Shown in pieces: positions 18,575-27,840 of a stretch of 64,000 nt of DNA. Below the pieces are notes generated by a model. The model had not been told where the DNA came from and ran no database searches. It worked only from the letters and a program-made list of their open reading frames with translations. Each line of letters opens with the position of its first letter. Position 1 is the stretch's first letter. The stretch is taken from NCBI GenBank assembly GCA_963785725.1, contig CAWAWS010000002.1, positions 64,001 to 128,000 of the forward strand, written 5' to 3'. The translations under genes and the position numbers were made by a program. The DNA is from an uncultured delta proteobacterium (GTDB lineage Bacteria; Myxococcota_A; Polyangia; Palsa-1104).

Positions 18575-19492
18575 TCAGGCAATGAACTCGACCAAGAGCG
18601 CCCACGGATGCGGTTTCGCGACGCTGCCCTTAGGCTCGATCTGCATGAAACCGCGCCACAATTCACTACCGTGTCGACGAGGGCGGTGAACCTCGTCACA
18701 TTTGGTCTGACCAATCACGAGCACACGCTCAGGTTCGTCGGGAATGTCGTGTGTGGTGATCACACGGATGACGAGGCTGACATCCGTCTGCTGCGTCCAG
18801 GCGGCTTGCAACCGTCGCGTCTGCTCAACCGTCGTGGTGAGGACGGTCAGCGACATCGGGTTTTCGAGCGTCCCGATGTGCCGCAGAATCTCGAAGCGCG
18901 AGCCGTCCTGATGGCGGATTCCGAGGACCAGCCCGTCGGTGTAGCTGAGTCCCCGCGTCGCATGCACGCGCCCGGTTACGCAGAACCGTTCGCCCGCGAC
19001 GCTCGACGGCGACGAGAACACGCGCACCAAATCCGTCGCGCCGAACAATGGAAGCGCACCGTGCTCGGTCTCGATCTGCGGAGCTGCCCCGAGCCGACGC
19101 TCCTCATTGACGTAGGCATCGAGGCTCGAGCGCGGCGGAATGTTCGCGGTCGACTTCGGCATAACGGCGGACGCCGGCGCGAGTTCCTCGACGAGCAGCT
19201 CGCGATAGTCGACATCGAGCGCGGGATGCGACGCGATGCTGCGCACGGTCCGAAGCTGGCTCCATTCGCGCCGTCCCGATTCGAGGTCCATCACCGTCGA
19301 AGGGTCGACACCGACGGCGAACGCCAACGCGCGCACCGATAGCTCGGCGTCCTCGCGCAGCTTCCTCAGCTTTGCGCTGTCGACGCGCAGCCTCTGAACG
19401 CCCGCGGCTTTGCGTCCACGCGCCGTTTTGGTCCGCTTGCCGCTGCGTTTCTTCGTGCTCAAGATGCCCGCATGAAGCCGTAGCAGTTTCAT
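18575..19492 (-). CDS. XRE-family HTH regulator with unknown C-terminal domain
   Basis: KLRKLREDAELSVRALAFAVGVDPSTVMDLESGR; start reassigned to ATG 19492 because the longer ORF overlaps the divergent gene. Confidence 0.8.
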   Translation of the reverse strand: MKLLRLHAGILSTKKRSGKRTKTARGRKAAGVQRLRVDSAKLRKLREDAELSVRALAFAVGVDPSTVMDLESGRREWSQLRTVRSIASHPALDVDYRELLVEELAPASAVMPKSTANIPPRSSLDAYVNEERRLGAAPQIETEHGALPLFGATDLVRVFSSPSSVAGERFCVTGRVHATRGLSYTDGLVLGIRHQDGSRFEILRHIGTLENPMSLTVLTTTVEQTRRLQAAWTQQTDVSLVIRVITTHDIPDEPERVLVIGQTKCDEVHRPRRHGSELWRGFMQIEPKGSVAKPHPWALLVEFIA

Positions 19493-19611
19493 ACAGTTGT
19501 GGCAATTGCACGGTTCACGAACCCGTACAGATCCGTACGCCGATGCCTCCACAGGCACACAGCGAATTTCGCGCGATCGCCTATACCGGAACGACTCCGA
19601 GGAGCGTGCCG

Positions 19612-20223
19612 ATGAGCGATGTCGATCCCAATTCCACGAGTTCCCGAACCTATCCGTTGGCCTTTGACGCGAACGGCGAGCCGCTCGACGTGCCGTCACA
19701 TGCCGTCGCTTGGCGCGTGCGCAAGCTAGCGAAAAAGGCTGGTCGGCCCAAGGTCATCTTCGACGCCGAGACGGGCCGTCCGATGGAGCTACCGCTCGCC
19801 GCCAGTTTCGACGACTTCGCGGCCCACGTCGACGAGCAGGGCCGCTATCGCATCGAAGCCGTCGATGCCCAAGGGCGCTTCATTCCCGGCTGCGTCGCGG
19901 TTACCGAGCTGGCGTTCGGCGAGAAGGACGACGACGAGGTCGAGACGAATCAGAAGCCAGCCGACACGCAGCAGCTCATGCAGCTCGTCGCCGAGCTCGT
20001 GAAGACGAACGCGCGCGTCATGGAAGCGATGGCGTCGGCGTTCGGACAGGTTCGCCCGACGGAACATCAGCAGCCGCAGCCGGTGATCGTCGCGTCGCCC
20101 GAGCATGCGAGCAATCCGATGGAATCAATCACGGCGATCCTGCAGATGCTCAAGGGCTGGAACGACCAGCGGCCGACAGGTGGACCCGCAGTCCTGGCGC
20201 AGAATCCGCAGGCGTCCTCGTAA
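19612..20223 (+). CDS. Hypothetical protein, first gene of the integrase operon
   Basis: GAGGAG RBS before ATG 19612; AWRVRK...GRPKVIF...GRYRIEAVDAQGR beta-rich N-domain, helical C-part. Confidence 0.7.
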   Translation: MSDVDPNSTSSRTYPLAFDANGEPLDVPSHAVAWRVRKLAKKAGRPKVIFDAETGRPMELPLAASFDDFAAHVDEQGRYRIEAVDAQGRFIPGCVAVTELAFGEKDDDEVETNQKPADTQQLMQLVAELVKTNARVMEAMASAFGQVRPTEHQQPQPVIVASPEHASNPMESITAILQMLKGWNDQRPTGGPAVLAQNPQASS

Positions 20224-20226
20224 CTC

Positions 20227-21372
20227 ATGCCGCGTCAGACGCAGCGGGCGGCGAAGAGAACCGCCACGCGTGGACGTCCGCTCAAGCCGTCCCGTCGTGT
20301 CATGCGCCGTCAGCTCGACGACGAGAGAGACGACGACATCGACGAGCAGTCGGATCAGACGAGGAATTCAAGATCAATCGAGGCGGCGCCGTCGACCGCG
20401 GTCGTCGCCAACACAAAGGAGCCTGAGTCGATGCTGGCGCAGCTGGCCGAGAACGAGATCGTGAAGATAGCAACGCCGCTCGTCGGTGCCGCGGGTGGGG
20501 CGCTCGCTATCACCGTCGCCACCGAGCGTTACGGTGTCAAACGCGAGGTCGCCACGTTTGGTGGGGCGGCGCTCGCGTTGGCGGCTGCGCAGAGCGTGAC
20601 GGGCTTCCCGCGCGACCTACTGCAAGCGGCAGCGACGGCCGGCGTCTGCCTCGGCGTCGTCGAGCTGCTGCAAACGCTGCGGCCCTCGTGGCTCTATCGT
20701 CAGCCGGTCGCGCACGAGCCCGAGCATCGGCAAGCCGCGCCGCCGCCCGATGCGATCACGCGCTCTGATTTGCAACAAGCCATGGCCGAGCTGCTGAAAC
20801 GGAATCAGGCGGATCAAGTCGAGCGCGATAAAGCGCAGGCCGCGCAGCTGCAAGAGGTGCAGTCGTTGGTTCGCGATCTCGTGACGCAGCTGCGCGACGC
20901 ACAGAGTGAGGTCCAGCGCCTGCGCGCGGCCGAGGCCGCCTATCTGCACGAACGCGAGGTCGCTGCGGCAGAAGCCGTCATTGCTCGCAATGCCGCCGCA
21001 TACGATGCATGCTCGTTCGGCGCTGACGAGGCCGCGAGCTTCGAAACGCAGGATGATTCGGCGAATGCCACCATCGATGCGGGCATGGGCTCGGCAGACG
21101 AGCCGGCGACGGCGGCGCCGATCGAAGAGACAGCATCGCCGCCGGTCACGACTCCCGATGGCGTGACAATTCCGCCGGACGTCGTCGATCACTTCGGGGC
21201 GATCTACGCGCTGCTCGATGCGGACGAGCGGCAGCGGTTATCGTCGGTCGTGGCGCAGCTGCCCAAGTCGCAGCTGGCCATGGCTGAAGCGCAGCTCATG
21301 CAGATGGACCCGCAAGCCGCGGTCGACTATCTGCGCACGACGCTGTTTCCCTCGCTCGGGTTGCCGTCGTGA
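20227..21372 (+). CDS. Hypothetical membrane-associated coiled-coil protein
   Basis: Three Gly/Ala-rich hydrophobic helices followed by coiled coil and small helical C-domain; 3 bp after upstream stop, GTGA overlap with next gene. Confidence 0.7.
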   Translation: MPRQTQRAAKRTATRGRPLKPSRRVMRRQLDDERDDDIDEQSDQTRNSRSIEAAPSTAVVANTKEPESMLAQLAENEIVKIATPLVGAAGGALAITVATERYGVKREVATFGGAALALAAAQSVTGFPRDLLQAAATAGVCLGVVELLQTLRPSWLYRQPVAHEPEHRQAAPPPDAITRSDLQQAMAELLKRNQADQVERDKAQAAQLQEVQSLVRDLVTQLRDAQSEVQRLRAAEAAYLHEREVAAAEAVIARNAAAYDACSFGADEAASFETQDDSANATIDAGMGSADEPATAAPIEETASPPVTTPDGVTIPPDVVDHFGAIYALLDADERQRLSSVVAQLPKSQLAMAEAQLMQMDPQAAVDYLRTTLFPSLGLPS

Positions 21373-21971
21373 AACAGGAGAGTGCGAAACCGGCCGAAGC
21401 TCGCGCGGACCTGCGCGTCTTGGACGACGCCCAGCTCGTCCGCGCGACAATGTCGCACGACCAGGCCGCGTGGCGCGAGCTCATGCGACGTCACTCGAGT
21501 GCGCTCCGTGAGGCGGCGCGCGAGGCGGGCGATGGTCTCAGCGACGCCGACGCCGATGACGTCGTCGCCGACCTCTGGCTGTCGCTCGTCGAGAACGACA
21601 TGCGGCGACTGCGCACCTTCGATCCGTCGCGTGGCGCGGCGTTGCTGTCGTGGCTGACGATTCGGCTGTCGCAGCTCGCCTTCGACCGCGAGCGTCGTCG
21701 CGAGGCTGAGCCGGAGACCGTCACGCTTGATGACGTGAAGCGCGTGCCCGATCCCGGTCCAGCTCCCGAATCGGCCGACCGGACGCTCCTGCGCGTCGAA
21801 GAGGTCGCCCGTCGCTGGGGACTCGATCGCAAGACGGTCTACGGCATGATCGAGCGCGGCGAGATAACCGCCCGCCGCTGCGGCCGTCTTGTGCGAATAC
21901 CACGTAAGGTGATAGAATTATTTGAGTCGCAAGCCAACGTCGCGCCGGAAAGGCATATCAAATGCCGGTGA
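21369..21971 (+). CDS. Fusion of ECF sigma region-2-like domain and excisionase-type HTH (HTH_17)
   Basis: DDAQLV...DQAAWRELMRRH...DADDVVADLWL...FDPSRGAALLSWL (sigma2) then LLRVEEVARRWGLDRKTVYGMIERGEITARRCGRLVRIP (Xis-like); overlaps integrase by 10 bp. Confidence 0.8.
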   Translation: MKQESAKPAEARADLRVLDDAQLVRATMSHDQAAWRELMRRHSSALREAAREAGDGLSDADADDVVADLWLSLVENDMRRLRTFDPSRGAALLSWLTIRLSQLAFDRERRREAEPETVTLDDVKRVPDPGPAPESADRTLLRVEEVARRWGLDRKTVYGMIERGEITARRCGRLVRIPRKVIELFESQANVAPERHIKCR

Positions 21972-23197
21972 GACGCAATTCACGCAAGAAGTGGATCTAT
22001 CGGACGATCGTCAAGCTGCGGGACGGGAGCAAAGTGCGGATCTTCGGAACGCCCGAACGCAATACGAGGGAGTCGGCCGAGCAGGCCGAGCGCGATCATA
22101 TCGATCGCGTGCAGAATCCCGTTGCGCTGCCCGTCGAGAAAAGGAAGGTGCCAACTTTCGCAGAATGGTTTTGGGGAGCGAACGCGGACGCCAAAGAGCC
22201 GTCGGGCCGATTCTGGCGCGAGTGGGTCATCGCCGAGAAGAACAAGCCGAGCGAGATGGAAGCGAAGAAATCGATATATACGCATCATCTGAAATCGGCT
22301 TTCGGCAATATGCCGTTAGACGATATCGGCGTGGTGTCCATCGCGCAGTTTCGGGCGAAGCTCGTCGAGGCGAAGAAGTCGGGCAAACGCATCAACAACA
22401 TCCTGGCGGTCTTGTCCAAGGCGCTGCGATATGCGGCGGACGCGGGCGAGATTGCGACGGCGCCGAAAGTCGGGCTGCGGAAGTTGGAGCGGCCCGAAAT
22501 CGAGTATTGGGAGTTCGAGGAGTACGCGCGGATTCTCAGTGCGGCCAGGCGCGAGGGCGAAGAGTGGTATGTCGCCGTCTGCTTGGCGGGCGAAGCTGGA
22601 TTGCGCGTCGGCGAGATTAAGGCGCTGCGTTGGGAGCACCTCGACCTCGTGGCTGGGACGCTGACGGTCAGCGAGCAGACGCGGCACGGCATCACCGGGA
22701 CGCCCAAGGGCGGGCGCCGGCGTGTCGTGCCGATGACTGCCACGCTGATCGCGGCGCTCAGGACGCTGTCGGTCGTGCGCGTCGGCTACGTGGCGCGCAA
22801 TCTCGACGGCTCGCAGCTGACCGATGGACAGACGACGCACGCGATCCGGCGCATCATCCGGCGCGCGGGTCTCGCCGAGCGTGGCTGGCACTCACTGCGC
22901 CACAGCTTCGGGACGCACGCGGCGCTGCTGGGGGTGAACCCCTGGCGGCTGCAGGCGTGGATGGGTCACGGTCGGATCGACGAGACCATGATCTACGTCC
23001 ACGTCGCCAGCGTTCACCATCGGCCGCTACCCGACGCGCTTCGTGCCGCTTCAGGCCAGGACGACCCCGATCGTCGGCTCCTGTTTCTGATGGGCCGGCG
23101 AGCGTCCGTGACATGGACGGACGTGGCATCCGATGCCACGCGCGATCGGCGTGGCACCCACGTGGCACCCGACGGAGAAGCGATCGTGCAGCACTAA
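21962..23197 (+). CDS. Tyrosine recombinase / phage-type integrase
   Basis: AGLRVGEI (R), TPKGG (K), HSLRHSF (HxxR), MGH, TMIY (Y); ends 41 bp from the tRNA 3' end. Confidence 0.95.
   Translation: MPVRRNSRKKWIYRTIVKLRDGSKVRIFGTPERNTRESAEQAERDHIDRVQNPVALPVEKRKVPTFAEWFWGANADAKEPSGRFWREWVIAEKNKPSEMEAKKSIYTHHLKSAFGNMPLDDIGVVSIAQFRAKLVEAKKSGKRINNILAVLSKALRYAADAGEIATAPKVGLRKLERPEIEYWEFEEYARILSAARREGEEWYVAVCLAGEAGLRVGEIKALRWEHLDLVAGTLTVSEQTRHGITGTPKGGRRRVVPMTATLIAALRTLSVVRVGYVARNLDGSQLTDGQTTHAIRRIIRRAGLAERGWHSLRHSFGTHAALLGVNPWRLQAWMGHGRIDETMIYVHVASVHHRPLPDALRAASGQDDPDRRLLFLMGRRASVTWTDVASDATRDRRGTHVAPDGEAIVQH
23150..23170 (+). repeat. Direct repeat CGTGGCACCC x2, candidate integrase arm-type sites
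   Basis: cgtggcaccc-a-cgtggcaccc about 70-90 bp from the tRNA 3' end; related palindrome gtggcatccgatgccac just upstream. Confidence 0.45.
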
Positions 23198-23199
23198 AG

Positions 23200-23231
23200 A
23201 AAAAGGCCCTAAACCTGACGGCTTAGGGCCT
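23200..23231 (-). terminator. Intrinsic terminator downstream of tRNA-Gly
   Basis: Minus strand AGGCCCTAA-gccgtcaggt-TTAGGGCCT followed by T-run. Confidence 0.75.
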
Positions 23232-23238
23232 AAATATC

Positions 23239-23313
23239 TGGAGCGGGAGACGGGACTTGAACCCGCGACGTCCACCTTGGCAAGGTGGCACTCTACCACT
23301 GAGTTACTCCCGC
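23239..23313 (-). tRNA. tRNA-Gly (GCC)
   Basis: GCGGGAGTAACTCAGTGGTAGAGTGCCACCTTGCCAAGGTGGACGTCGCGGGTTCAAGTCCCGTCTCCCGCTCCA; cloverleaf, anticodon GCC, encoded CCA. Confidence 0.98.
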
Positions 23314-23345
23314 AAATTGTCAGCGAACTGCTTGGAACGGGTGAA

Positions 23346-23374
23346 GTTCTAGTCCGGGGCCCCTTGGGTGTCAA
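23346..23374 (-). promoter_or_regulatory. sigma70-type promoter of tRNA-Gly
   Basis: TTGACA-17 bp-TAGAAC on minus strand. Confidence 0.65.
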
Positions 23375-23467
23375 GCAATTTTGCCGCGCCTTTTTCCACC
23401 GTTCACACCCTCGCGAATTCACCCCGCCGCGCCCGCTTTCGCCCCCGCGTCCACCGCCAACGCCGCG

Positions 23468-23533
23468 GCGAACGGCCCGCCAATCGAACCCTCCGCCACC
23501 GCGAACGGCCCGCCAATCGAACCGTCCGCCACC
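23468..23533. repeat. 33-bp tandem duplication
   Basis: gcgaacggcccgccaatcgaacc(c/g)tccgccacc twice, one mismatch. Confidence 0.85.
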
Positions 23534-23588
23534 GCCACCGCTATCGCCCGCCGCCGCCACGTCCGCACCGCGCGTTCACCAACGCCAC

Positions 23589-24290
23589 CTACGCCGGCAA
23601 GTCGAACAGCAGCAGCTCGCCGCCCTCTTGCGACGTCAGCGTGACCGCCTCCTCCCGCTCGATCGCCACGCCGTCTCCCGCCGCCACGCGCTGCCCGTTC
23701 ACCTCCGCCACGCCCTTGACGACGTGCAGCCACCCCTTCCGCCCGGCCGCGAACCCGTGCCTGACACTCGCGCCATCCGCCAACAGCGTCGCGTACAGCC
23801 GCGCGTCCTGCTGAATCCGCACCGACCCGTCGGCGCCGTCCGGCGAGCCGACCAGGCGCAGCTTGCCGCGCTTGTCGTCGTCGCTGAAGAACTTCTGCTC
23901 GTAACCCGACGGCAGCCCACTCTTCGACGGCATGATCCAGATCTGCAGGAAATGCACCGGCTCCGTCTTCGACGCGTTGTACTCCGCGTGCGTCACGCCC
24001 GGCCCGGCGCTCATGCGCTGCACGTCGCCCGGCTTGATGACCGAGCCGTTGCCGATGTTGTCCTTGTGCGACAGCGCGCCCTCGATGACGTACGAAATGA
24101 TCTCCATGTCGCGGTGTCCATGCGGCGGAAAGCCACCGCCGCCGGCGACGGTATCGTCGTTGATGACGCGCAGCGGCCCGAAGCCCATGTGCCGCGGATC
24201 GTGATAGTCCGCGAACGAAAAGGTGTGATGCGAATCGAGCCAGCCGTGATTGGCGTGCCCGCGATCGTCGGCTTTGCGAATGGTCAACAT
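23589..24290 (-). CDS. Pirin family protein (YhhW-like)
   Basis: RGHANHGWLDSHHTFSFADYHDP...GFPPHGHRDMEI...MSAGPGVTHAEYN...FLQIWI; start at ATG 24290 after GGAG RBS. Confidence 0.95.
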   Translation of the reverse strand: MLTIRKADDRGHANHGWLDSHHTFSFADYHDPRHMGFGPLRVINDDTVAGGGGFPPHGHRDMEIISYVIEGALSHKDNIGNGSVIKPGDVQRMSAGPGVTHAEYNASKTEPVHFLQIWIMPSKSGLPSGYEQKFFSDDDKRGKLRLVGSPDGADGSVRIQQDARLYATLLADGASVRHGFAAGRKGWLHVVKGVAEVNGQRVAAGDGVAIEREEAVTLTSQEGGELLLFDLPA

Positions 24291-24432
24291 GGGGTTCTCC
24301 TCCCAAGAAAGTGTGTCGTTTCGAGGCGCCTTTTGCTGCCGCCCTTCGTGAGACACAACATGCGATTGTTCTGCCTGTCGCACTAGATCCGTAATCCTGG
24401 AATCACTGTCCTACCCATGGAACAATGGCGCC

Positions 24433-25390
24433 ATGGATCTGAATGAGCTGCTCGTCTTTACGCGCGTCGTGCAGTCGGGCAGCTTCACCGCCGCCGCCAA
24501 GCAGCTCGACATGCCGAAGTCGAGCGTCAGCCGCAAAGTCTCCGAGCTCGAGGACCGCATCGGCGCCCGCCTCCTGCAGCGTACGACGCGTCAGCTCGGC
24601 CTCACCGACGCCGGCCGCATCTACTTCGAATACAGCGCGCGCATCGTGGCGCAGATCGAAGAGGCCGACCAAGCGGTCAACCGCATGCAGTCGACGCCGC
24701 GCGGCCTCTTGCGCGTGACGGCGCCGCTTGTCATTCGCGATGCTGGGTCCGATCGTGGCCGAGTTCCTCGAGCGCAACAGCGACGTGCAGGTCGAGCTCA
24801 TGTGCACCGATCGCGCGGTCGACCTCATCGAAGAGGGCTTCGACCTGGCCATTCGCGCGGGCAAGCTGGAGGATTCGACGCTGGTCGCGCGCAACTTGGG
24901 CGCGCTCAAGCGCGTGCTCGTCGCCGCACCCGGCTACTGCAAGCGACACGGCACGCCCAAAGCGCCCGCCGATCTGGCGACGCACGCCTGCATCACCTTC
25001 GGCGCCGGCGCCCAACCCAACGTCTGGACGCTCTACGACGGCGATCGTCCCGTCGACGTGCGCGTCACGTCGCGGCTCGTCGTCAACGACTTCGACATGA
25101 TGGGCGACGCCGCGCGCGCCGCGCTGGGCATCGCGTACATGCCGGAATACGTGTGCGCGCACGATCTGGCCGCCGGCCGCTTGCGCCACGTCCTGCCGCG
25201 CTGGTGCTCGGCGGAGGCGCCGGTGCAAGCGCTCTATCCGACGGCGCGCCACCTCTCGCCGAAGGTGGCGACGTTCCTCGACCTCGTGCGCGAGCGCTTC
25301 AGCCTGAAATTGCCGCGCCGCCCGCAGCCGCCGACGGCGACGACGCGCACGCCAAAGCGGGGAGCCTCGAAGAGGCGCGAAAAACACTGA
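24433..25390 (+). CDS. LysR-family regulator, one frameshift near 24730
   Basis: MDLNELLVFTRVVQSGSFTAAAKQLDMPKSSVSRKVSELEDRIGARLLQRTTR HTH; substrate domain (VDLIEEGFDLAIR) continues in another frame; divergent from pirin. Confidence 0.9.
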
Positions 25391-25436
25391 AGTGGATGGT
25401 TGAGCGAAAGAACGCAGCCGCGAAGGCGCGAACGGG

Positions 25437-27446
25437 TCAGGCCGCTTTTTTCGGCTTTTCGCGCACGCGCAGCGGAATGACGGTCATCGGCAACCCCTTC
25501 CACTGCAGCCGCCGCTCGACCTGATACGCCGTCTCGTTGTGCAAGATCCGCTGCGTCCACGTCTCGCGCTTCCACATCAGCTTGCCGGCAAAGAACATGA
25601 CGCGCGGAAACTTCGTCGACAGATCGAGACAGACGCGCGTGATCTCGTCGGCGGGATCGATGCCGACGCCCGTCGCCGACGTCGCGTTCCAGCCGAGCCG
25701 CCGCGCCAACGCGACATACTTCGCCAGGTTCGTCTCGACGTTCTCTTGCAGCGCGCGAATCTCCTCGGCGCCCTTGAACGTGCCCGAGTCGACGACGGCC
25801 ACCGACACGAAGACGATGTTGTTGAAGTAGTTGGGGACCATCTTGTGGATGGCGAGCATCGAGTGGATGCCGAGGCCGCCGTATTGACCGACGAGCAAGG
25901 CCGCCGTCGGCTGGCGCGGATCGGGCTCGCCGCCGGCGTGGTCGACGCTCGGCAGATCCTCGAACTCGGCGTTGAGCTCGATGAGCCGGCGCGACACGCT
26001 GCGATAATGGCGGCGCACGTTGATGCAGATCGCGATGGCGACGCCGGTGATGACGATGGTGAGCCACGCGCCCTGGCTGAACTTCTCGATGACGGTGACG
26101 GTCAAGATGCCGGCGCACAAGACGGCGCCGATGACGTGGATGAAGATCTTGCGCCACCAGCCGGGATGTTTCGCCCGATGCTGGAACCAAAAGCGCGTCA
26201 TGCCGACGTTCGACAGCGTGAAGCCGACGAAGACGTTGATGGCGTACATGACGACGAGCGCGTCCACTTTGCCGCCCATGGCGACGAGCACGGCGATGGC
26301 GCCGAGGCCCATCAGCACGACGCCGTCCTTCGTCGTCAGGCGATCCGAGAGCGAGGCGAAGCGATGCGGTAGCCAGGAGTCGACGGCCATGTTGGCCATG
26401 ACGCGCGGGCCGTCGATGAAGCCGGTCTGCGCGGCGACGAAGAGCAGCGCGCCCTCGGACGCCAGCGTCGCGTAGACGAACCACTTGCCGACGGCGAGAC
26501 CGCCGAGGTGCCACTCGCCGGCGAAGGCGTTGACGAGCACGGCGTTGAGCGTCTGCCCTTCGACGGGATGCACGGCGAAGAGCAGGTAGCAGACCATGAT
26601 GCCCGTCGCCGTGAACGCCAGCGAGACGGCCATGTAGACCATCGTCCGCTTGCCGGTCTCGACGCGCGGCTCGCGCATGATCTGCAGGCCGTTGGACACC
26701 GCTTCGATGCCGGTGTACGTGCCGCCGCCCATCGAATAGGCGCGCAAGAACACCAGCAACAGGCCGCCGACACCGAGCGTGGCCACGCCTTCGTGCACGC
26801 CCGTCGACACGCCGTGGATGAGCTCGGGCGCGCGGCCGCCGTGCTGCATGAGGCCGCCGATGATGAGCACGAGATGCGTGATGCAGAAGATGAGGAAGAT
26901 CGGAATCAGCGCCTTGACCGACTCCTTGACGCCGCGCAGGTTGAGGACGATGAGCGCCACCAGCACGAAGATCTCGACCGGCAGCTTGGCGCCTTGGAAG
27001 CGCTCGAGCCCGCCCATGCTGAAGACGGCGTCGCCGCCCGAGGCGATCGACACGGTGACGGTGAGGACATAGTCGACGAGCAGCGCACAGCCGGAGATGA
27101 CGCCGGCGTGGCTGCCGAGGAGCTTGGTGGCCACGACGTAGCCGCCGCCGCCCGTCGGAAACTGCTCGATGACGCGGCTATAGGCCCAGCTGATGATGAA
27201 GACCGTGAAGCACGTCGCGAGCGCCAAGAAGACGGCGAGGTAGGTGTGCTGGCCGAGCGCGCGGAACGACTCGTCGGGGCCGTACGAAGACGATGACAGC
27301 CCGTCCGCGCCCAGGCCAATCCAGGCCAAGAACGGGATGAGCGCCATCTTGTGGAAGATGCCGGGGTCCTGCACGCTGCGCGGCGCACCGAAGACGGCGC
27401 GGCGGACGCGGCCCAAGGCGCTTTTGGGAAGCTTGTCGCTGGTCAT
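25437..27446 (-). CDS. kimA: KimA/YdaO-like APC-family potassium transporter
   Basis: GADGLSSSSYGPDE, GGGGYVVATKLLG, LLVDYVLTV, TGIEAVSNG, about 12 TM helices plus cytosolic C-domain; preceded by ydaO-type riboswitch. Confidence 0.8.
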   Translation of the reverse strand: MTSDKLPKSALGRVRRAVFGAPRSVQDPGIFHKMALIPFLAWIGLGADGLSSSSYGPDESFRALGQHTYLAVFLALATCFTVFIISWAYSRVIEQFPTGGGGYVVATKLLGSHAGVISGCALLVDYVLTVTVSIASGGDAVFSMGGLERFQGAKLPVEIFVLVALIVLNLRGVKESVKALIPIFLIFCITHLVLIIGGLMQHGGRAPELIHGVSTGVHEGVATLGVGGLLLVFLRAYSMGGGTYTGIEAVSNGLQIMREPRVETGKRTMVYMAVSLAFTATGIMVCYLLFAVHPVEGQTLNAVLVNAFAGEWHLGGLAVGKWFVYATLASEGALLFVAAQTGFIDGPRVMANMAVDSWLPHRFASLSDRLTTKDGVVLMGLGAIAVLVAMGGKVDALVVMYAINVFVGFTLSNVGMTRFWFQHRAKHPGWWRKIFIHVIGAVLCAGILTVTVIEKFSQGAWLTIVITGVAIAICINVRRHYRSVSRRLIELNAEFEDLPSVDHAGGEPDPRQPTAALLVGQYGGLGIHSMLAIHKMVPNYFNNIVFVSVAVVDSGTFKGAEEIRALQENVETNLAKYVALARRLGWNATSATGVGIDPADEITRVCLDLSTKFPRVMFFAGKLMWKRETWTQRILHNETAYQVERRLQWKGLPMTVIPLRVREKPKKAA

Positions 27447-27469
27447 GACGCTCCATGAGGCGCGCCGTT

Positions 27470-27597
27470 CCCGCGCGTCCTTCCGAAGCCGGCGAGGTTA
27501 GCTGACGGGCTGGGAGGGGAAGGTCTCCCGCGCTCGACGCGCTTTGCCCCGACTACCTGGGTCCCCCGCTCGTTCGCGTCTGACGTCCGCGCGCGAT
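27470..27597 (-). ncRNA. c-di-AMP riboswitch (ydaO/yuaA class)
   Basis: Minus strand ...AACGAGCGGGGGACCCA...GGGGCAAA...GGGAG...CTCCCAGCCCGTCAGCTAACCTCGCCGGC..., matching the hallmark GGGGGA.CCA and CCCGUCAGCUAACCUCG motifs, in the kimA leader. Confidence 0.85.
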
Positions 27598-27611
27598 TAG
27601 GCTTAGCGCGC

Positions 27612-27640
27612 AAGATGCAATTGACGCGCGGCGCTGTCAA
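27612..27640 (-). promoter_or_regulatory. sigma70-type promoter of the riboswitch-kimA transcript
   Basis: TTGACA (27640-27635)-17 bp-CATCTT, placing the start site just before the riboswitch. Confidence 0.6.
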
Positions 27641-27678
27641 GGCGACGACGACGATTTGCCCGTCGCTGAGCGCGCAAA

Positions 27679-27726
27679 CATTGCATCCTGCAATGGCGAC
27701 TGGAGTTGGCGCGTTGCAAGCTGCAA
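27679..27726. promoter_or_regulatory. Two TTGCA-N3-TGCAA palindromes, candidate regulator sites
   Basis: cattgcatcctgcaatg (27679-27695) and ttgcaagctgcaa (27714-27726), 33 bp apart. Confidence 0.4.
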
Positions 27727-27840
27727 TACGACTCGATTGAGCAGCGGATTTGACGTTGCAAGGTCAGGCGCGGACCGTGCGGCTACAGCTCGGACATGAC
27801 TGTCGCGGTCGCCGGTCGCGACCGCTGAAAGACGACGCGG

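Larger units (their letters stand above)
1..23238. mobile_element. Genomic island integrated at tRNA-Gly; left boundary not located
   Basis: Integrase-Xis-XRE module beside tRNA 3' end, toxin/defence cargo, AT-richer blocks, gene remnants; no att duplication found in window, so extent is uncertain. Confidence 0.65.

Noticed and set aside
1..23238. Second att copy of the tRNA-Gly 3' end
   Set aside because: Not found by eye in the window; left boundary left unassigned
23468..23533. Possible CRISPR array
   Set aside because: Only two adjacent 33-bp copies, no spacers, no cas genes
24700..24760. Programmed frameshift in LysR (also CHAT ~55165, elbD ~63720)
   Set aside because: No slippery sequence; single indels fit sequencing error
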